The position numbers and the translations under genes are program-made. A stretch of DNA of 64,000 nt, taken from assembly GCA_950097015.1 (NCBI GenBank), contig CATNEN010000029.1, forward strand, positions 6,696,001 through 6,760,000, written 5' to 3'. Origin of the DNA: Macrostomum hystrix. Taxonomy: Eukaryota > Animalia > Platyhelminthes. The notes under the pieces are model-generated. The model had not been told where the DNA came from and did no database searches. It saw only the letters and a program-made list of their open reading frames with translations. This document shows, in pieces, positions 59,315 through 64,000 of the stretch (position 1 is its first letter; the number at the start of each line of letters is the position of its first letter).

Positions 59315-60880
59315 AGCGGCGGAGAGAAATGGAGAGAGCGGGGGAGAGAAATGGAGAGCGGGGGAGAGAAATGGAGAGCGGGGGAGAGAAATGGAGAGCG
59401 GGGGAGAGAAATGGAGAGCGGGGGAGAGAAATGGAGAGAGCGGGGGAGAGAAATGTAGAGCGGGAGAGAGAAATGGAGAGCAGGGGAGAGAAATGGAAAG
59501 CGCGGGGAGAGAAATGGAGAGAGCAGGGGAGAGAAATGGAGAGAGCAGGGGAGAGAAATGGAGAGAGCAGGGGAGAGAAATGGAGAGAGCAGGGGAGAGA
59601 AATGGAGAGAGCAGGGGAGAGAAATGGAGAGAGCGGGGGAAAGAAATGGAGAGCGGGGGAGAGAAATGGAGAGAGCTGGGGAGAGAAATGGAGAGCGGGG
59701 GAGAGAAATGGAGAGAGCTGGGGAGAGAAATGGAGAGAGCGGGGGAGAGAAATGCAGAGCGGGGGAGAGAAATGGAGAGAGCTGGGGAGAGAAATGGAGA
59801 GAGCGGGGGGAGAGAAATGGAGAGCGGGGGGAGAGAAATGGAGAGAGCTGGGGAGAGAAATGAAGAGAGCAGGGGAGAGAAATGGAGAGAGCGGGGGGAG
59901 AGAAATGGAGAGCGGGGGAGAGAAATGGAGAGAGCTGGGGAGAGAAATGGAGAGAGCGGGGGAGAGTAATGGAGAGCGGGGGGAGAGAAATGGAGAGAGC
60001 AGGGGAGAGAAATGGAGAGAGCTGGGGAGAGAAATGGAGAGCGAGGGAGAAAAATGGAGAGAGCGGGGGAGAGAAATGGAGAGCGGGGGAGAGAAATGGA
60101 GAGAGCTGGGGAGAGAAATGGAGAGAGCGGGGGACAGAAATGTAGAGCGGGAGAGAGAAATGGAGAGCGCGGGAGAGAAATGGAAAGCGCGGGGAGAGAA
60201 ATGGAGAGAGCAGGGAAGAGAAATGGAGAGAGCAGGGGAGAGAAATGGAGAGAGCAGGGGAGAGAAATGGAGAGAGCAGGGGAGAGAAATGGAGAGAGCT
60301 GGGGAGAGAAATGGAGAGCGAGGGAGAAAAATGGAGAGAGCGGGGGAGAGAAATGGAGAGCGGGGGAGAGAAATGGAGAGCAGGGGAGAGAAATGGAGAG
60401 AGCGGGGGAGAGAAATGGAGAGCGGCGGAGAGAAATGGAGAGAGCTGGGGTGAGAAATGGAGAGAGCGGGGGAGAGAAATGGAGAGATCGGGGGAGAGAA
60501 ATGGAGAGCGGGGGGAGAGAAATGGAGAGAGCTGGGGAGAGAAATGGAGAGAGCGGGGAGAGAAATGGAAAGCGCGGGGAGAGAAATGGAGAGAGCGGGG
60601 AGAGAAATGGAGAGAGCGGGAGAGAGAAATGGAAAGCGCGGGGAGAGAAATGGAGAAAGCAGGGGAGAGAAATGGAGAGAGCTGGGGAGAGAAATGGAGA
60701 GCGGGAGAGAGAAATGGAGAGAGCGGGGGAGAGAAATGGAGAGCGGGGGAGAGAAATGTAGAGCGGGAGAGAGAAATGGAGAGAGCGGGGGAGAGAAATG
60801 GAGAGCGGGGGAGAGAAATGGAGAGAGTTGGGGAGAGAAATGAAGAGAGCGGGGGAGAGAAATGGAGAGGAAAAGAGAAA
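59315..60880. repeat. 19-22-bp purine-rich minisatellite (GAGAGAAATGGAGAGAGCGGG)
   Basis: About 75 units; source of the many spurious ORFs at 59300-60949. Confidence 0.95.
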
Positions 60881-61057
60881 TAGTCTGTGAAAAACTAGAA
60901 CGATGATAAGTAAAGACGGTGAGAATTGAAATGTTTGCATTGATAGCAAAGGCTTTAGTGTTTAATATGTACTATTTAAATTGATATGTATATTTAAATA
61001 AAATCACAGTTTAAAACTTCTTATTGCTGACTGAAAGTAATGCCAAAATATGACGAT

Positions 61058-61130
61058 CACCCCAGGAGGGACTCGAACCCTCAACCTCCGGATTAGAAGT
61101 CCGACGCGCTATCCATTGCGCCACTGGGGC
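61058..61130 (-). tRNA. tRNA-Arg(TCT), intronless
   Basis: 73-nt cloverleaf GCCCCAG...CTGGGGT-G; anticodon loop CTTCTAA; T loop TTCGAGT; TTTT terminator about 10 nt downstream. Confidence 0.95.
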
Positions 61131-61394
61131 TCACATTCAAGTGGCTTTGAAAGTGCTAAAATGAACCATAAAATTCTTGAATCAGCACTTGCTTCAGTTT
61201 TAGAACCACAAAAATTGACAGATCAACAGCAACAGCTGAGCAGCTCTGAGCTCACACAAGCCAACAGGCACTCAGGAACTCACAGCTGGCCAATGATCAA
61301 TAGCCCCAATATACTGAAGCTAAGCCAGTGCACAAACTGTGAGGTAAGGAAAAAAAATCATCGATTCCCCATCCTCTCCGCATCCTCATCTCCC

Positions 61395-61930
61395 ATTCTC
61401 ATGTCTCACTGATCTCCCATTCTCATGTCTCACTGATCTCCCATTCTCATGTCTCACTGATCTCCCATTCTCATGTCTCACTGATCTCCCATTCTCATGT
61501 CTCACTGATCTCCCATTCTCATGTCTCACTGATCTCCCATTCTCATGTCTCACTGATCTCCCATTCTCATGTCTCACTGATCTCCCATTCTCATGTCTCA
61601 CTGATCTCACATTCTCATGTCTCACTATCTCCCATTCTCATGTCTCACAGATCTCACATTCTCATGTCTCACTGATCTCCCATTCTCATGTCTCACTGAT
61701 CTCCCATTCTCATGTCTCACTGATCTCACATTCTCATGTCTCACTGATCTCACATTCTCATGCCTCACTGATCTCCCATTCTCATGTCTCACTGATCTCC
61801 CATTCTCATGTCTCACTGATCTCCCATTCTCATGTCTCACTGATCTCCCATTCTCATGTCTCACTGATCTCCCATTCTCATGTCTCACTGATCTCACATT
61901 CTCATGCCTCACTGATCTCACATTCTCAAC
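61395..61930. repeat. 24-bp minisatellite between the two tRNA genes (CTCATGTCTCACTGATCTCCCATT)
   Basis: About 22 units. Confidence 0.95.
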
Positions 61931-62148
61931 TTTCAAAATGCTAGCATACAATTCGACTCCCGGTACTTGACTAGTGTAGAAAGTGCATTTTAGAGTCCCT
62001 GGTACTTTTCGGGAGCAGCCGAGAGTTGAGCAGCAGGTGTGCAGCTTGTACGAGAAGCAGCAAATTTCTGGCGAAGCGCAAATTGAAATCTGTTCCGCAC
62101 TTTGTGTATAGCAGGTTTTTATGTTCACTGCCATCCAAGTTACCACGA

Positions 62149-62221
62149 GCCCCAGTGGCGCAATGGATAGCGCGTCGGACTTCTAATCCGGAGGTTGAGG
62201 GTTCGAGTCCCTCCCGGGGTG
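62149..62221 (+). tRNA. tRNA-Arg(TCT), intronless, with an A6:C67 acceptor-stem mismatch
   Basis: Identical to the 61058-61130 copy except T67C; T7 Pol III terminator at about 62228. Confidence 0.93.
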
Positions 62222-62388
62222 CTGAGGTTTTTTTGTACATTGAAGCTTGTATCTTTACTCGCAATTCCACACATGTTTCCATCTAATCTTAGCGCCATTA
62301 CCACCGGAACGAGATTGGACACGATCTCATACCTATTGTCGCATCATCTACCGCACACATGTTCTACTGATGTAGCTCGTAGATTGTT

Positions 62389-62440
62389 TGCCCCAGAAGG
62401 GATTCGAGCCATTAACCTCCGTATTACAAGTCCGGCGTGG
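62389..62440 (-). pseudogene. Decayed 3' part of a tRNA-Arg-like copy
   Basis: Reverse complement CGCCGGACTTGTAATACGGAGGTTAATGGCTCGAATCCCTTCTGGGGCA aligns to the tRNA-Arg 3' two-thirds; anticodon position reads TGT; D arm and 5' acceptor strand lost. Confidence 0.7.
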
Positions 62441-62734
62441 ACTCACAAAAGACGTGATTGTGATAGTCAAGCTTTTAGAGAATTCGTCACTTTCTTTATC
62501 GAGCATTTCTGAAGCGTCGTCAAACTAATATCTGACCCACAACAATAATTTAATTAGCAAGGAGTTCATTGTCAACAATCTTCTAGGTCTGAGTGTGTAA
62601 ACAAAACTTAACAGCGACTAACATTGACACAACAGTTCCTTTGAAACTGTTTAAAGCAGTATATTTAGCGTTTTCAATCGTTTACATTGTTTAAAAAGAC
62701 TTTTTACACAACATGTAAGCATGGCGCACGCTAT

Positions 62735-63350
62735 CTGCAGGTGAGCAGCCAGTCTCACACCAGCCAGGTGCAGTTGAGCAGCCAGTCTCACACCAGCCAG
62801 CTGCAGATGAGCAGCCAGTCTCACACCAGCCAGCTGCATGTGAGCAGCCAGTCTCACACCAACCAGCTGCAGGTGAGCAGCCAGTATCACACCAGCCAGC
62901 TGCAGGTGAGCAGCCAGTCTCACACCAGCCAGCTGCAGGTGAGCAGCCAGTCTCACACCAGCCAGCTGCAGATGAGCAGCCAGTCTCACACCAGCCAGCT
63001 GCATGTGAGCAGCCAGTCTCACACCAGCCAGCTGCAGGTGAGCAGCCAGTCTCACACCAGCCAGCTGCAGGTGAGCAGCCAGTCTCACACCAGCCAGCTG
63101 CAGGTGAGCAGCCAGTCTCACACCAGCCAGCTGCAGATGAGCAGCCAGTCTCACACCAGCCAGCTGCATGTGAGCAGCCAGTCTCACACCAGCCAGCTGC
63201 AGGTGAGCAGCCAGTCTCACACCAGCCAGCTGCAGGTGAGCAGCCAGTCTCACACCAGCCAGCTGCAGGTGAGCAGCCAGTCTCACACCAGCCAGCTGCA
63301 GGTGAGCAGCCAGTCTCACACCAGCCAGCTGCATGTGAGCAGCCAGTCTC
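62735..63350. repeat. 33-bp minisatellite (GAGCAGCCAGTCTCACACCAGCCAGCTGCAGGT)
   Basis: About 18 units. Confidence 0.95.
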
Positions 63351-63755
63351 AATGTAGCGAGCTGCCGCAGGCTCCGTCACTTCGGCGCGAGTGTCGGCTG
63401 ACGCCTGCCGCGGTCAGAAACACTCGGCCACAGCGCAGACAGGGAAAGACCCGACCGGTGCCCGAGCGACCAAGGCGCTGCAGCACGTGACGCATCACGT
63501 GATCATTTCGGCTTCGTGGCGGCTGCGGCAGTCGGCTGGCTTCGTCGGCGCAGATGCTGCAGTCGCCGCTGCTGGGCACGTGGGAGCTGATGTGCCGCTC
63601 TAGGCTGACCAGGTCCCGCAGTGGCTGCTCAGAGCAGCGCCGAAGGCAGCAGGTGAAGGACCTGGACTGCTGCATTGTCGTCTGAGATGTCGACGTTGAT
63701 TGCAGTGTTAAGGACGGAGTAGACCAAGATGATGATTGGCTGAATCGAGTAAAAT
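63349..63755 (-). CDS. Partial C2H2 zinc-finger protein exon; gene continues beyond the window, boundaries uncertain
   Basis: FTCCLRRC...SLERHISSH, DCSIC...DHVMRH, FPCLRCGRVFLTAAGVSRH. Confidence 0.7.
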
Positions 63756-63769
63756 CTGACATTGCTGAC

Positions 63770-64000
63770 ATGTCCGCAGACATTGGCACAGACATTGGCG
63801 CAGACATCGGCACAGACAGTGGCACAGACAGTGGCACAGACAGTGGCACAGACAGTGGCGAAGACATTGGCGCAGACATCGGCACAGACAGTGGCACAGA
63901 CAGTGGCACAGACAGTGGCACAGACAGTGGCACAGACAGTGGCGCAGACATCGGCACAGACAGTGGCGAAGACAGTTGCGCAGACATCGGCACAGACAGT
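63770..64000. repeat. 12-bp minisatellite (CACAGACAGTGG), truncated by window edge
   Basis: About 19 units. Confidence 0.9.

Noticed and set aside
59300-60949. Long ORFs of 200-550 aa here and at 3621-4692, 5486-6256, 14979-15401, 23356-24684, 44684-45508 and 62651-63490
   Set aside because: They are translations of stop-free tandem repeats, open in several frames at once, with no unique domain

Overview
Eukaryotic (animal) genomic DNA, not prokaryotic. It has GC-rich coding exons with poly-Gln/Ala tracts, AT-rich spacers, and about 18 kb (roughly 28%) of locus-specific minisatellites with 12-42 bp units, many of which fill introns. This architecture resembles a free-living flatworm such as Macrostomum (inference, not verified). 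Six genes lie on the + strand: a Hox3-class homeobox gene, USP30-like deubiquitinase, HR96/NR1J nuclear receptor, eRF1, QDPR and PC4/SUB1. Four lie on the - strand: ZDHHC12-like palmitoyltransferase, FDX2-like ferredoxin, an unassigned Gln/His-rich protein and a partial C2H2 zinc-finger gene. There are also two tRNA-Arg(TCT) genes, one decayed tRNA copy, tRNA-derived SINEs, and relics of LINE, Merlin-like and MITE-like elements. Exon joins were checked by hand for phase; array boundaries are approximate. Main leads: (1) three genes whose natural N-terminus starts at a phase-0 splice acceptor with no usable ATG (USP30, ZDHHC12) or only a poorly fitting one (FDX2), consistent with the start codon being donated by a flatworm spliced leader; (2) eRF1 ends in a leaky UAG-C stop followed by a G-quadruplex motif, a 58-codon open extension and a donor-like site, a candidate readthrough/NMD autoregulatory module; (3) two +1 frameshifts in USP30, where an assembly error is the leading explanation; (4) a frame-preserving acidic repeat ORF antisense within eRF1 intron 3.
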